Origin: Octopus vulgaris | Taxonomy: Eukaryota | Direction: 5' to 3' | DNA length: 64,000 nucleotides | Assembly (NCBI GenBank): GCA_951406725.2 | Contig: OX597814.1 | Coordinates: 210,180,001 to 210,244,000 of the forward strand | Shown here: positions 26,477-40,030 of the stretch, in pieces | How the letters are laid out: each line of letters opens with the position of its first letter | Position numbering within the stretch: position 1 is the first letter of the stretch | The notes under the pieces: generated by a model | Told to the model about the DNA's origin: nothing | The model's database searches: none | Seen by the model: only the letters and a program-made list of their open reading frames with translations | Made by a program: the position numbers and the translations under genes

Positions 26477-27198
26477 ATATACGTGTATATATGTGTGTGT
26501 AGTAATTATAATAGCCGTAGTTTTAAACTCAATCTTCCAGCAGCCAGTAATGAATGGCGTAATCAATATCTGACGATTTCCTAATGACATTTATAGCTAT
26601 AATCCAACTGAGCCATTCTCTACTGTCTACAATAAGGTTTTACATACATGACAAACGTTTATTACCATCTAATGTATCTAATAAATTTAATTCCTTTATA
26701 AATGCAGTGACGGCCAAAACCTACGGATTTATGGCACGGTAAAATTTAGCACGAACAATAAACACACAGGCATATTAGAAACTGACTTAGTACAAAACCA
26801 ACGGCCCAAAAATGAGTGAAATTCTCAAATCAGTCTACCTGATTTAGTTAGAGAAATTATTAACTGTGGGTTTAAATTCAATTGCATCGAGATCAGTTAA
26901 TAGTAGGTTAATCGATTATTGACGAGAACTTAATGATGATTGAAACTATGGTCCGGTCGATATATTTTTACTGTCCGCAGCAAGGTTGTATAAGCACGAC
27001 AGATCTTTACGTCTTTCTATTGTATTTTATAAATTTAATTAATTCATAAATCCAGCGACTACTAAAACTAATGGCTTTTGCCAATAATAAACATGACGTA
27101 ACATATACACACGTACATATATACATATATGTATTTTCATATATATATATATATACACATATTCATAAATATACGTATATATGCATACAAACATACAC

Positions 27199-27243
<45 letters not shown>

Positions 27244-27682
27244 TGTTATATATATATATATATATTCATGTATATATATATATATATATATTTACAAAGG
27301 AAAAGTGAAAGGAAAGAGAGAGATTTGTATGTGAATGTGTGAGTGTGTGTTTATATGCGCGTCTAGACCCTGGAACTTCCAACAATAGAATCTTTTCAAA
27401 TTGGTAACACAATATCTTTATTATTACTTTATTAGTGTGATAGACCATTGGATGTTGCATCGATCTAAATACATACTTTATATAAGTGACTCATGCTCGA
27501 GATGTGCAGTGTAATCAGCATCATCGTCGTGTAATTTTAAGTCAAATTGTCCTTACTCTTGGATAACCTAGGTCAGAAATTTTCTTTGTAATCAGCGTAT
27601 TTATAGATATAATCCACAATAAATGAAAGTTCAAGTTTCTAATTTAGCAGAAATATATTTCATAATCGAAGAATAGAATATA

Positions 27683-27896
27683 TTCCTTTCTACTCTAGGT
27701 GCAAGGACCGAAATTTTGAGGGAGAGGGCTAGTCGATTACATCGACCTCAGTACGCAACTGGTACTTAAGTTATGGACCCCGAAAGGATGAAAGGCAAAA
27801 TTGACCTTGGCGAAAATTGAACTCACAACGTAAAGATAGACGAAATGCCGCTAATCATTTCGCTCGGTGTGCGAACGCTTTTGCCAGCTCGCCGCC
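27683..27896 (-). mobile_element. Meta-domain SINE with the alternative 3' tail and a 17-bp TSD
   Basis: TCGAAGAATAGA(A/G)TATA at 27666-82 and 27897-913. Confidence 0.88.
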
Positions 27897-28410
27897 TCGA
27901 AGAATAGAGTATAGACGGTTACTGGAATGTGTACTACATGTGTAGTGGCTAGCAATCTTTCTGGGCGAAGGCCGGACAAAAGGGTCACACAGGAGAGCGA
28001 GGAAGAAGGGGAGATAATAAAGCGGTGGTCATTCCAAAACGAAGGTGCGCGTGCGTGTGTATAAGAGAGTATGTATGTGCGTGTGGAAGAGGGCTGGTGA
28101 TCTTGACGTGTGCGTGTGTGTATGTGTAGGTGTGGAAATGTGGGTCTGGGAAGTGGTCAGTGCTGATGTGTGCGTGGTAGTGTGTTATAATGTGATGTGT
28201 TGGGTGTTATGGTGGTGTAAGGTGTAGTGGTGTGTGGTGTGTTGGTTTTGGGAGGTGGGTAGGCGGGAGTGGGGAAAGCAAGAGTGTGGTATGGGTAGGC
28301 AAAGGGTGGGATTAAAGTTGGGATATGTGGGGTTAAAGGTGGGAGTGGGTGTAAGGGATGGGGTGGGGTGGCTTGGGGAAGGAGAGGAAAGGTGGGGTTA
28401 TATATATATA

Positions 28411-28541
28411 CAGCGTGTCCCCAAAAAATGTATACACACCTTAAATAATTGTAAATTTGTTATTTTTTGTAAGCCTAGTACTTATTCTATCGTTCTCTTT
28501 TGCCGAACCACTATGTGTATACATTTTTTGGGGACACCCTG
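28411..28541. mobile_element. Tc1/mariner-type MITE (28-bp TIRs, TA flanks)
   Basis: CAG(C/G)GTGTCCCCAAAAAATGTATACACA is inverted at both ends with 1 mismatch and flanked by TA. Confidence 0.85.
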
Positions 28542-28549
28542 TATATATC

Positions 28550-28895
28550 CATCTTTTATCTCTTTCAGTAACTGGAATGCGGCCCTCTTAGGCACAACTT
28601 TGAAGAACATTTAATTGAATGAATTGACGACAATGCATACTTTTTTATGGCTTGTATTTATTTTATTGGTTCCTTATGTTGCTAATTTTCGGGGACGTAA
28701 TCCAATAAACACCGATCGTCAAGCCGTAGCTGGAGATAAATACAAACACATATACACACACAGATATATAAATACACACGTACACACACACACAAATAGA
28801 TGTGTGCGTGTGTATGTGTGTGTGTACGTATGAATACGCACTGGGACTGAACGTGGAACCATTTCGTTGTGAAGCAAACACCTTACCGCACGGCC
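28550..28895 (-). mobile_element. Old CORE-type SINE
   Basis: Decayed collinear match (GGGACTGAACGTGGAACCAT, TTACCGCACGGCCAC). Confidence 0.65.
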
Positions 28896-30539
28896 ACTCA
28901 CACACGCACACACATACACACTGAGTAACACGCACACATGTAAATATATATATATACATATATACATGCATACGTATATTTATCCACATATTTATATACA
29001 CACATATCGTGTTTACTTTTCTTTTCTAAACTCGGTAATACTTGTATATGGATATATTTTCAGACATAGTAAAAAAAAAAAAGCCAAAGGTTCATTTATT
29101 TTCAGCAGTGATATATAAATTATCACTTCCACACATCCAGCCTGAGAAATAGATACAAACAAAAGCGGAAACTGAGATTTTTATTGAAATATGTAATATT
29201 ATATGAACGAAAATACAATTGGAATAAAAGAATATGCCATAAACGGACAGATGTACGGATGTACTGGTAGTTATTGTGTGTTAGCGACTGAGAGAGAAAA
29301 AAGAGAAAGATATCGTGTAAAAATCGAAGAACACTACACTTAAATGTGTCTTCCTTAGATTGCATTATCCAGTTTTGTGGTGGTATAGGGTAACTTTAAA
29401 TCCATTGAAGTATATATATACAGACACTAGTCTCCAGCCATTGAATGCGTTTGAAGATTGCTTTAATGTTTAATGGTTTCTCAATGAGTCCCTCTACAGA
29501 CATGCATTCACTCATGAATATAAGCCATGTATTTGCAGAAAACTCACTCAAAAACAAATACACAAGTACACACATACATATATATACGTATACAAGTTTA
29601 ATCTCATCTGACTATAGAAAGACCTAAAGAGTCTATTAGCCTGTATTTTCTAGTTCTGTTCGTATTCTTCAATAGAATTTCTGATGTGTGATTTATGCTG
29701 TCTGTATGTTAAGGGAACGCAATACGAATGAACTATTAATTATTCTTTTAATTGCACACATACCGACCTTTAACTTATTCTTGTTTACCGATATATGTGC
29801 GCTTAAAGTGCGCTCGATGTGCGCTCAATGTGCGCTCACTGTGCAGACATATGGTTCAATCTGTAACCACGCCACCCAAACCTACGAATACATTATCCAC
29901 TGTGGGTGACATTGCTGTTTCTTTAGGTTTATTAAGAAAATATAATATTCAATATGTTCATGAACGAGCGATACGATGGGTATGAGTGCTGCATAAAATT
30001 TTTTGATTTGTTTGCGAAACGATGATCATTGTACTAATTGAATTTTACAATAAGGTAGCTCGTTTTGATTTGTTGTCATTGAGGAGAATACATTGTTCTT
30101 GATATATAACTAGCTATTATCTGGTAGTGATAGATCAGCTCCAGTCATGGCTGCCACATTTTTTCAGTCACTGTTTCCGTCTACCTAATATAAAGCGTAA
30201 TCTCTTTTTCTAAAGATGGGAGGTCTTGATTACAGAGAAATTTAGCTACAAATCCTCGCATGTCCACTAAACATGCAGAGAAGTACTCATTAGGACATAA
30301 TATTATTAACTGAGTTATAATGTAATGTCTGGAGGATGTGGCACGTTGGTGTAAAGGTAAAATTCATTTTGTCTTGATTACATATATGGAACGACATAGT
30401 TTTTCGTGCCCTGAATCCCTTCTTTAGAGAAAAAGAAATATTTTAATATATACACCGACATCACATTTCGATTAGATTATTAGTCAGATCGAAGTAGATA
30501 TAAACTTGGAAATTCATCTAAATTCTGAACGTAATACAG

Positions 30540-30750
30540 TTTTCAAATTTTGGCACACGGCCAGCAAAATGGGGCGGAGCAGTGACTGGATCACATCGAC
30601 CCCAGTGTTCAACTGGTACTTATTTTATCCACTCCAAAGGATAAAATGCAAAGTCGCCTTCGGGGGAATTTGAACTCAGAACGCAAAACGGAATAAATGC
30701 CACTAAGCTTTTTACTCACCTAGCTAAGGACTCTGCTAGCGCACCGCCTT
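30540..30750 (-). mobile_element. Meta-domain SINE (older) with TSD
   Basis: Family match; TCTGAA(C/T)GTAATA on both sides. Confidence 0.8.
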
Positions 30751-32203
30751 ACATCTGAATGTAATATCACCATGTTCTTAGCTCACTGACTTAGAAGTAA
30801 GACTTAATGCTTTATTCTTTATGAAAATGTATTTTTCAGTGAAGACAGTAATATTACACTGCTGTCAGGGGTCAAATTAATGGTTAGTTTTTAGCAGGTA
30901 TTATATAAACTTATTCATTGAGTTTTTTCACCGTGGCTTTCTATTGCTTATGAAAGTGTCATTCTATAGTGTTCTATTATTTCAGATATGTTCGATTATT
31001 CCTAGCTCAGATATTTCTTCTCTCTTAACGGATTTGTCATTTCTCTTCTTTTCTGACATTGATTGATCTCCCAGCTTCTCTTTTGTAAGGCTTAAGCCAG
31101 TGGATAGGATGTTATAGATGTAATTTGTATGCTTTAGCTATTTCATAGCAGGCATAAACATGGTGAGTAATATCTGTCTATCAGAAGATACTGCTTCTAT
31201 GTAAGAAATCATAGTAGAAGCATCTAAAACTGGCATACTATCACAGTTATTAATTGCGTAATTTTTGTATTTCGTTTGTGATTTTAGAAGCGTAAATACC
31301 ATGGAGTTGCATAACGCTACTCTTTCACGATGGCCATAGTTTGACTAAATAAGCAGTGACTAACCTCTACCAGTATATGATGCATGCTAAATTGAATATT
31401 TACATGAGTACACACGAGAAACATGTATAAGAGTCAACGATGGATCGATCGCTTGAAATACCCCGACTACATTGAAATATTAAGAAGACATGTTGTAATA
31501 TTTACTGAGAAGAAAATGTTACTGAAAAGACTAAATAGTTTGCAATGAAACAGTCCTTAAGGGGGCTCGTTTCTGGAGATAAATAATGAGACAATTATAT
31601 GTCTGATGTAAGTGGTTGTCAATGTCCGCCTTACGTTTGTGATATACATCAAGTTCCAGATTAGTGAATATGCAATATCCCCTTTGCACTGGTTTTCATT
31701 ATATGGGGCACTCGGATGTTTTAACATAATACTCAAACATGACTCAAAATTATTAGTGAAATAATGCATTCCCTTACATACATTTCAAGAAGTTGCCAAT
31801 TTATAGTGTGAAGCAGGCTGATATATTTTCATCAGAAATATGTGTATTAGCTACCCAATCTCTAGTTCTTGCATAGATTTGCCTGAATAAATTTCAAAAA
31901 ATGTGTAAATTGCTCTAAGCATATTTGTATATGATAAGAAACCTGCTAACAAGTTATCTAGTTATTGACCCAAGCTAATTAAGATATCCACGCAGGAACC
32001 TTCATTCTTATAGAAACAAACGTTAAAGACAGGTTTGTGTGTCACATAGCAAGCTAGAGGCGATGGCATCTTGTAGCTAATCAACGGCAGCATGCGTCCT
32101 ATTTTTCTGGACTGCCATGTTGGCTTGGTGATAACTGTTAATAATTATGAAATCAATATATATTTATGTATAAGTAGCGCTTCAGAATTATACTTAACAT
32201 ACC

Positions 32204-32434
32204 TATTTCTTTACTACCCACAAGGGCCTAAACACAGAGAGAAAAAACAAGGACAGACACACGGATTAAGTCGATTATATCGATCCCAGTACGTAACTGG
32301 TACTTATTTAATCGACCCCGAAAAGATGAAAGGCAAAGTTAACCTCGGCGGAATTTGAACTCAGAACGTAACGGGAGACGAAATACGGCTACGCATTTCG
32401 CCCGGCGTGCTAACGTTTCTGCCAGCTCGCCGCC
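32204..32434 (-). mobile_element. Meta-domain SINE, full length, 16-bp TSD
   Basis: TTATACTTAACATACC at 32188-32203 and 32435-32450. Confidence 0.92.
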
Positions 32435-32573
32435 TTATACTTAACATACCGAATAAGAAAGGGACTCGTGAATTGTCATGCGTGTCTGTCTAACTTAATA
32501 TATGCTGTCTATCTGTCTGTCTGCCTGCCCGTCTGTGTGTCTGTCTATCTGTCTGTCTGTCTCTCTCACTCAC

Positions 32574-32646
<73 letters not shown>

Positions 32647-32653
32647 ATATCAG

Positions 32654-32835
32654 AAGAAGATGTGAACGAGAAATACAATGCCAGAACACTGCCTGAGTTC
32701 TGTTTGAAAGGCTCACTTCCAAACAGTGTTGGACTTCCAATCAATATCCAGATTGCTGCTCCAACAGCTAAGGATGAGCTTGCCTTACGCCTCATGAAAG
32801 AACTGGATAATGAACTAAAGAAGAAAACCAACTAG
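32654..32835 (+). CDS. Terminal coding exon of a fatty-acid amide hydrolase (FAAH)-like amidase-signature protein
   Basis: EEDVNEKYNARTLPEFCLKGSLPNSVGLPINIQIAAPTAKDELALRLMKELDNELKKKTN* aligns with the FAAH C-terminus (TAED...SVGLPVAVQCVALPWQEELCLRFMREVE). Possible acceptor CAG at 32651-53; stop TAG at 32833-35. Missed by the ORF track. Confidence 0.8.
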
Positions 32836-33862
32836 TGTGTAGCCACAATAGCCCATCAGTCCTTATATATCTCTGATGACGGATATTACAAGATCTCAAC
32901 TTTTGAGGGAAACTGAATTGGTGTTGTGAAATATATTTTCTGCTGTGGGGCTTCGGTCTTTTTTTATAAAAAATAATATTGACTTCCTTTTGCTTGTTTA
33001 AAATGGTTGACATATGTGCCTTACAATGCCTTGTTCATATTTGCAATGTAGAACTTTAAAATCAATATTTCTTCACATATGGACCTAAATTTATTGCCAT
33101 GCAGCTTGTGGACGAATTAAAATATCTTTTGCTCATTACATATTGCCCCCCCCCCCAAAAAAAAAAACAACCCAAAATAACAATCTTTGGTTATACAATA
33201 CTGATTATTATAATATCAGTATTATAACCCACCTCACATACCATTGCGTACACCCTTGCATCTTGTATTCTACACATGTGCCTTCCAGTAATATAACGAA
33301 CTACACAGTCACATATTCTGCACAATCGTGACAACACCCAATGCTCAACATAACTCACATAACACAAATATGTGATACAGGTACCACACAACTCCCAAGG
33401 TACATATTCTACACCACAAATAGGTGAACAACTAAAGTAACATCTGAGGGAACCTAACAAACCCATTAAGTAGAAATCATGTCAATGGTGACACTGTAGC
33501 TCAACACAAGTCTCTGGTTCCCTCTCAAACCGTTCCATCCATGCCAGCATAGAAAGTGGACATTAGATAATGATGATGCCAATAAGTCACAATTCTAAAA
33601 CCTCAAAAGACAATGTTGTATGCACTTCAATAAGACACAAGTGCATCTGGTGGTGCAGTAGAAACTCAGAGAAAGATGTTGGAATTATGTTAAAATATAA
33701 TAATTATATAAATAAATATGAGTAAGAATTTATTTTAGTATTTAGCTTATTGATATTCATTACAGTCCATTCTGGATATCATTACATCATTTCATCTGAA
33801 ATGTTGTCTGAAAATAAAATGCTACTGTAAGCAGAGTTAGTGTAATGTTAGCAATTTCATCA

Positions 33863-34018
33863 TCATTATCATCGTCGTTGTCATCATTGTTTAACGACTT
33901 CTTTCTATGCTGGCATGGGTTTGACAGTTCGACTGAGGACTGCAAGCCGGAAGGCTGTACCAGGCCCCCGATCTGATCTGGCAAGGTTTCTACAGCCGGA
34001 TGCCCTTCCTAACGCCAA
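33863..34018 (-). mobile_element. SINE 3' portion (AGGAAGGGCATCCGGCTGTAGAAA family) with (GAT)n tail
   Basis: The minus strand reads ...GGCATCCGGCTGTAGAAACC...CCATGCCAGCATAGAAAG..GTTAAACAATGATGA. A shorter plus-strand tail lies at 33528-33577. Confidence 0.7.
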
Positions 34019-34396
34019 ATATTATAAAGGAAAAACCAAATTTGAAATATGAAAGTAGCTTTTGCATGGAATAGTGTGTGATTCTTTAGAAGGGTCTCCA
34101 TCACAAGAATGAAGTCAGCTGTATCATTTAACTAACAATATTGTAAAGGTTTGTGACTGTATCATAAATATGTGATATAGTCACTGTACAACACTCAAAG
34201 CAATGAGGTCAATATAATCGACTTATCTCCTCCCCCAAACTTGCTGGCCTTGTGCCAGAATATGAAACGAATTTTAAGTTTTGAAATGATTTGTATATTG
34301 TCTCTGTAAAATTTTATAACGAAATCAATGAAGTGCACAATTTTGTGACAAAACCAATTGGTGGATTTTCATTTTTCTTTGTTCTTGTAAGATCTC

Positions 34397-34483
34397 AATA
34401 AATTTATATGTCAATAAAAAAAAAAAATTGATATGGAAATGGTGTCTGTGTGTGCATGTTGAAGATTGTTGTATGTTTGTTGG
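34397..34483 (+). terminator. Putative polyadenylation site of the FAAH-like transcript
   Basis: AATAAA at 34397-402 and 34413-18, an A12 run, then a GT-rich downstream element at 34441-83. Confidence 0.55.
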
Positions 34484-35213
34484 CAACCCTAATATGATTT
34501 ATGTTGACTGTTAACACTCAGAATTTGTATGCACTTCAATAAGACAATAGTGGATCCTGCAAACATAATAAATACACAGGTAATTAAAGAAATAGAAATG
34601 AATATCTATATATATGTATATGTGTATATATATGTATATGTATATGTGTATATATGTGTGTATATATGTATATATATATATATGTATATGTATATGTATG
34701 TATATATATGTATATGTATATTTTTTTTTTTTTTTTTTTTAGATTAGATTTATTATTATTATTACTAATATTGTTGTTATACATACATACAAGCATATGT
34801 AATGATAATAATGGGTGGATGTAAACACATGAACAAAATTAGAACAAAAGCAACAACAACAAAAACAAAATACAAATTACAAGAATGTATATAACCAGAA
34901 GATACAAATATTACAGGCATCCCCCCACACACACACTAAATAAACATAGACGCACATAGAGATATAAGCATGCGCAAATGAAGACATACAATAGAAATAC
35001 AAAATGGCTGACGGTTAGTAAGGAGAGACACAAGTAAGTGAGAAGAAAACAAAGGACCACTGATGCGGTCACAGGAGTGTGACGAAAGAACTTTGGCCGA
35101 AATAAGATTAAGATTAATGTAAAAAATAAATATCACTGAAGCAAAATAACACCAAATATATAGTGCGTGTGTTTTTATAGGCTAAACTGGCAATATGACC
35201 ATTCCGAAAATAT

Positions 35214-35289
<76 letters not shown>

Positions 35290-35324
35290 ATATTTGTGCA
35301 TATGTATGTATGCATATGTATACA

Positions 35325-35469
35325 CGCCTTGAAAGTCTGCCAGATAGATGGAAGAGCATTGTAGAAAATGAAGGAGTGTATATTTGTGATTAAGAAAGAA
35401 CTTTATTTATCTTAATTTTGAAAAATAAAAGAAGTATAAAAAAACGCTTTATTTATGGGATGATCTATT
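35325..35469 (+). mobile_element. Mariner transposon 3' end
   Basis: RLESLPDRWKSIVENEGVYICD* is the mariner transposase C-terminus (L..RW..V....G.Y), followed by TIR-like AAAAAACGCTTTATTTATGGGATGATCTA. Confidence 0.8.
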
Positions 35470-35518
35470 TATACAAATTACCAACTACAGTAGTAGGATT
35501 AATATTAATAGAAATATT

Positions 35519-35586
<68 letters not shown>

Positions 35587-35634
35587 TAATAATAATGTCA
35601 CGGATATCGATATTATTAATAGTGGTAATGTTCA

Positions 35635-37220
35635 ATAAATATGAAAATCCTATTACAAACCAATTTTCATCTTTTAGGCTCAAACACAAGGCCAACTGTA
35701 CGTCCTTAACTCGCAACATTTGGGAACTGAAGGAAAGCTGAATCGAATTGAGCCTTAAATGGGATATTATAAAGGAAAGTGCAAGCCTTATAGAGATAAT
35801 CTATACGGCTACGAGCTGTGTTGTATGGAAACTTACGAAATTTTTAAGTATAGGGACAAGAGCAACCTGATTAATAATAGATTAGACCTAAGGGTATCAT
35901 GCGTACATAGGGTCACCCGTACTTTTAAATATTTTGGAAATTAGCGTTTAAAGGTGCTACACTTGAACCTGGATAATGGAAATTAATTTTTAGTGTCATA
36001 TCTGATGTGAACTTACCCCCTAGTAATATATATAATAAGTTACATATTTTTTTTACTATTCTCTATAATTTCTTTTGTTTTCTTATTTTGATACATTTAC
36101 CTATTAACCTCTTATCTCTTATACATTATTCATGTTATTAAAGAGAGATATATACTTTCTAGTTACTTAAGTCTATGAAAGTTCATTATAACATAGCCAT
36201 AATGAAGTACAAATATCTGTTCATATTTGCATATGTGCACAGAGTTAAATATGTGTATGTATCTATGCACGATTTATTTTTTCCAATTTCTTCTGATTCT
36301 TAGCTTATAATTAATATATAGATAGCACGATTTATCGCCCCAGTATTCCATAATTACCCAGAGCAATCTTTATAGAAATACCAAATAAGTAAATAATTAA
36401 GAACAGGAATGAATATGAAAATAATTCTATGTAATCTTCCCTTTCTAATGTTGAAAATTGGTATATATACATATTTTATCTATTCTAGTTATAATATCAT
36501 TTTTAATAATCTTAAATTTTATCTTTATACATCATAACAATATTGTTTATATACAATCATCCATAGTGCCCCATGATAATTTCCTCTGTATTAACATCAT
36601 AGCTTTTATTAGCGTCTTGCCCCTGTAACTGGGAATTAACATCTTGATTTGGCGTCTTCCCCTACCCAGTCGCCTTTATAGACAATTACTTATACAAATC
36701 ATAAATCCTGACAATATTTATGAATATACCCAATTATAAACTGTCAAATCACTCTGTCTAGCCATTATAAACAGACACTGTCCTCTAGCCTTAGATGTGG
36801 TAGTTGATAAAAAAGACTAATAAATTATAAATGAACCACAACACTTTACAAGATATGACCCTAACAAACTTCATACAATTCTTAGAAGTGTAGTATATTC
36901 TTAGCTACATTAGTAGCAACATGGAATTGCTCTCTTCTTGGTCTATTAGAGAATTTGAGTAAAATTATATTAATGTGTCCAACTGATTAAAAATTCTATT
37001 TATTTATGCAGCTGAGGATAGCCCTGCATTTAAACTGATGTAATGATGGCATTGTTCAATTAAATAGAGCCACTTGAAACGGTCGTACTGCATCACCTCT
37101 TGATATCTTGTTGCCTATTTTGATTTTATTCAACTTACTTTGAGTTGTACGGATAATACTGCACTGACTTGCTGCTTCGACTTAAGTACCCAATTCAACT
37201 GAATCTCAACTATTTATTAT
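35635..37220 (+). mobile_element. Penelope-like element 3' part: GIY-YIG C-terminus plus AT-rich 3' region/pLTR
   Basis: SSFRLKHKANCTSLTRNIWELK..LKWDII / KCKPY..ELCCMETYEI..NLINNR..SCVHR is the PLE GIY-YIG tail. 36910-37220 is homologous to 18215-18505. Confidence 0.82.
37006..37093 (+). ncRNA. Type I hammerhead ribozyme motif in a Penelope pLTR
   Basis: Stem I ATGCAG (37006-11)/CTGCAT (37088-93); core CTGAGGA (37012-18); imperfect stem II; GAAAC (37076-80)-GGTC-GTA, with cleavage predicted after 37087. Confidence 0.65.
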
Positions 37221-37555
37221 GTATATATATACTTATATATATTCATCGGCTGTCCGTTGTACGTCAACGTTTACTGTTCTTCAGTAACCATCTTCAGCAG
37301 GCTCTCATATATTTTACAATAACACCTCTGGACAAGTAGCAGCGATAATATTTGTTGCAGGCGAAGCTACTTGATGAAACACAGAAGCCACTCCTTCACA
37401 TTCTCTGTTAATTCTGCACAACGGCTGGAATTACGAACTTCACCAATTGGTGTCTTTCATTGCGCTCCGTAATACAACGACAAATTGTTCCGTAACAAAT
37501 TGTTTCGTAACTCAATATGTAAATAATTTATATCATCATGTTTAATAATAATAAT

Positions 37556-37634
<79 letters not shown>

Positions 37635-37638
<4 letters not shown>

Positions 37639-37919
37639 TGTGACCGACCAGGCTATCAGATGTTGCTACACATCGCTGGTCACAATGCGCTTCGCATTGT
37701 TTTAGCCTTCAAGTGACGCCACCCCGCTGGCTAAGCGAGCAGGCCAACAGAAAAAAGAACGAGAGAAAGTTGCGGCGAAAGAGTACAGCAGGGATCGCCA
37801 CCACCCCCTGCTGGAGCCTCGTGGAACTTTAGGTATTTTCGTTCAATAAACACTCACAACACTCGGTCCGGGAATCGAAACCGCGATCCTACGACCGCGA
37901 ATCCGCTGCCCTAACCACT
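37635..37919 (-). mobile_element. tRNA-derived SINE (third family) in (TA)n
   Basis: Reverse complement is collinear with 45767-46043. Confidence 0.85.
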
Positions 37920-38259
37920 TATATATATATACATATATATAAGCACTTATATATAACACCCTCTTGTATACAGAAACGTGAGTAGTCTTCCGCCACATAT
38001 ACTGACTCGGAGAAGATGTTGTTTTGTTCTTTATGCATTAGTAGGTAAAATTTGTAAAAGTACATGAAGCTGCGCTCTGAAAGACATCCTTGAACAATTG
38101 ATTCTCGGTAGTTACACCTTATCTGTTACAGAAACATCTTCAGTCGTTCATTTTCGAAGAAGAACTGCCATTGTTCTACATAAACAGCAAAATTATTTAG
38201 CAAGTGCGCGCATAACTTTGTTAAGCTAGAATGTAGTAATTATAAATGCACTAATCAAC

Positions 38260-38338
<79 letters not shown>

Positions 38339-38634
38339 ACACATCCATATGTAAATGTGTACATTTGTATTTACATATGTATAAACTACACCATTAAAAT
38401 GAAATACCGGTTGGGAATACTAAACTTCTAATACATTTACTTAGAAATGTATACGCTATTCTTTCAGTCTCCGTTGTAATACAATTAGCTTTCTCTTTGC
38501 GGACGCCATAATAGCTGTGCTAAAGGCCGAAGAACGTAACATGATCCTTTTGCATTGATACCAGATACTGCTCAGTGTAAGTACGTAAGTGTGTTTAAAC
38601 ATTATGTGTGTACCCGTGATTACTGTTACATCCG

Positions 38635-39160
<526 letters not shown>

Positions 39161-39931
39161 ACACACACACACACACACACATACACGCTCGCACGTACGC
39201 ACAGACACATACACGCACATATATGTGAAATGTATTTTGTTACAGAAAACTGATGCGTGAGAAAGTATGCACGTGTTTATCGGAACATTAATGGTTGCAT
39301 GAGAAACAATGCACTTATCGGTTAATATGTTTTATTGTTTGTCTTTCAGCACACTCAACGGAGCATTAGGCGAAAGCGAATGTGATTCACATTCTGTTTA
39401 AAACAAGGCATTATCAAAATCGTTACTGTATCGAATAGAATAAATTGTTGTGTGTGTGTGTGTTTCTAGTCTTTGTGCGCAGAGCTTCCATCTCCAGTCT
39501 ATGCCGAATTTATTTGCCATTGAGAGCCGATAAAGTTTGAGTGGGGAGACTTTCTATGTCTGGGCAACCGCTGCTTTTCTAAAAAAAGAAAATCAGTCTG
39601 CATTTTGTCTGTCAAAGAAATATTTGGATAGTTCCATAGTTTTGAGTCATACAAAGACCCGGACATAAATATATACATACATACACGCACGCATGCATGC
39701 ATACATACACATATACATATTTACATACATGCATACATTCAAGCTCAGTCTGAAAGATTGCTTGGGGTCACGAGGTAAGTAATATAAATCTGTAACTATT
39801 ATCTAATTTATACTATATATGCGTTAAAAGATATGTAGCCAATGGCAGCACTTCAGTAATCGCAGCTGCCCGAGCAATGACCATGCTCCAACATCCACAA
39901 ACTCTGCGTCAAAACTAGAATATCTCTATTA

Positions 39932-40030
<99 letters not shown>

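Noticed and set aside
31050-31090. IDLPA as the missing upstream FAAH exon (cf. LDFPAG)
   Set aside because: Flanked by stops, lacks the YN and G residues, and has no matching splice sites; a chance match.
34413-34427. Poly(A) tail proving a processed retrocopy
   Set aside because: No TSD; a GT-rich element and the CpG-poor composition continue downstream, which fits a genomic poly(A) site better. Kept only as an alternative.
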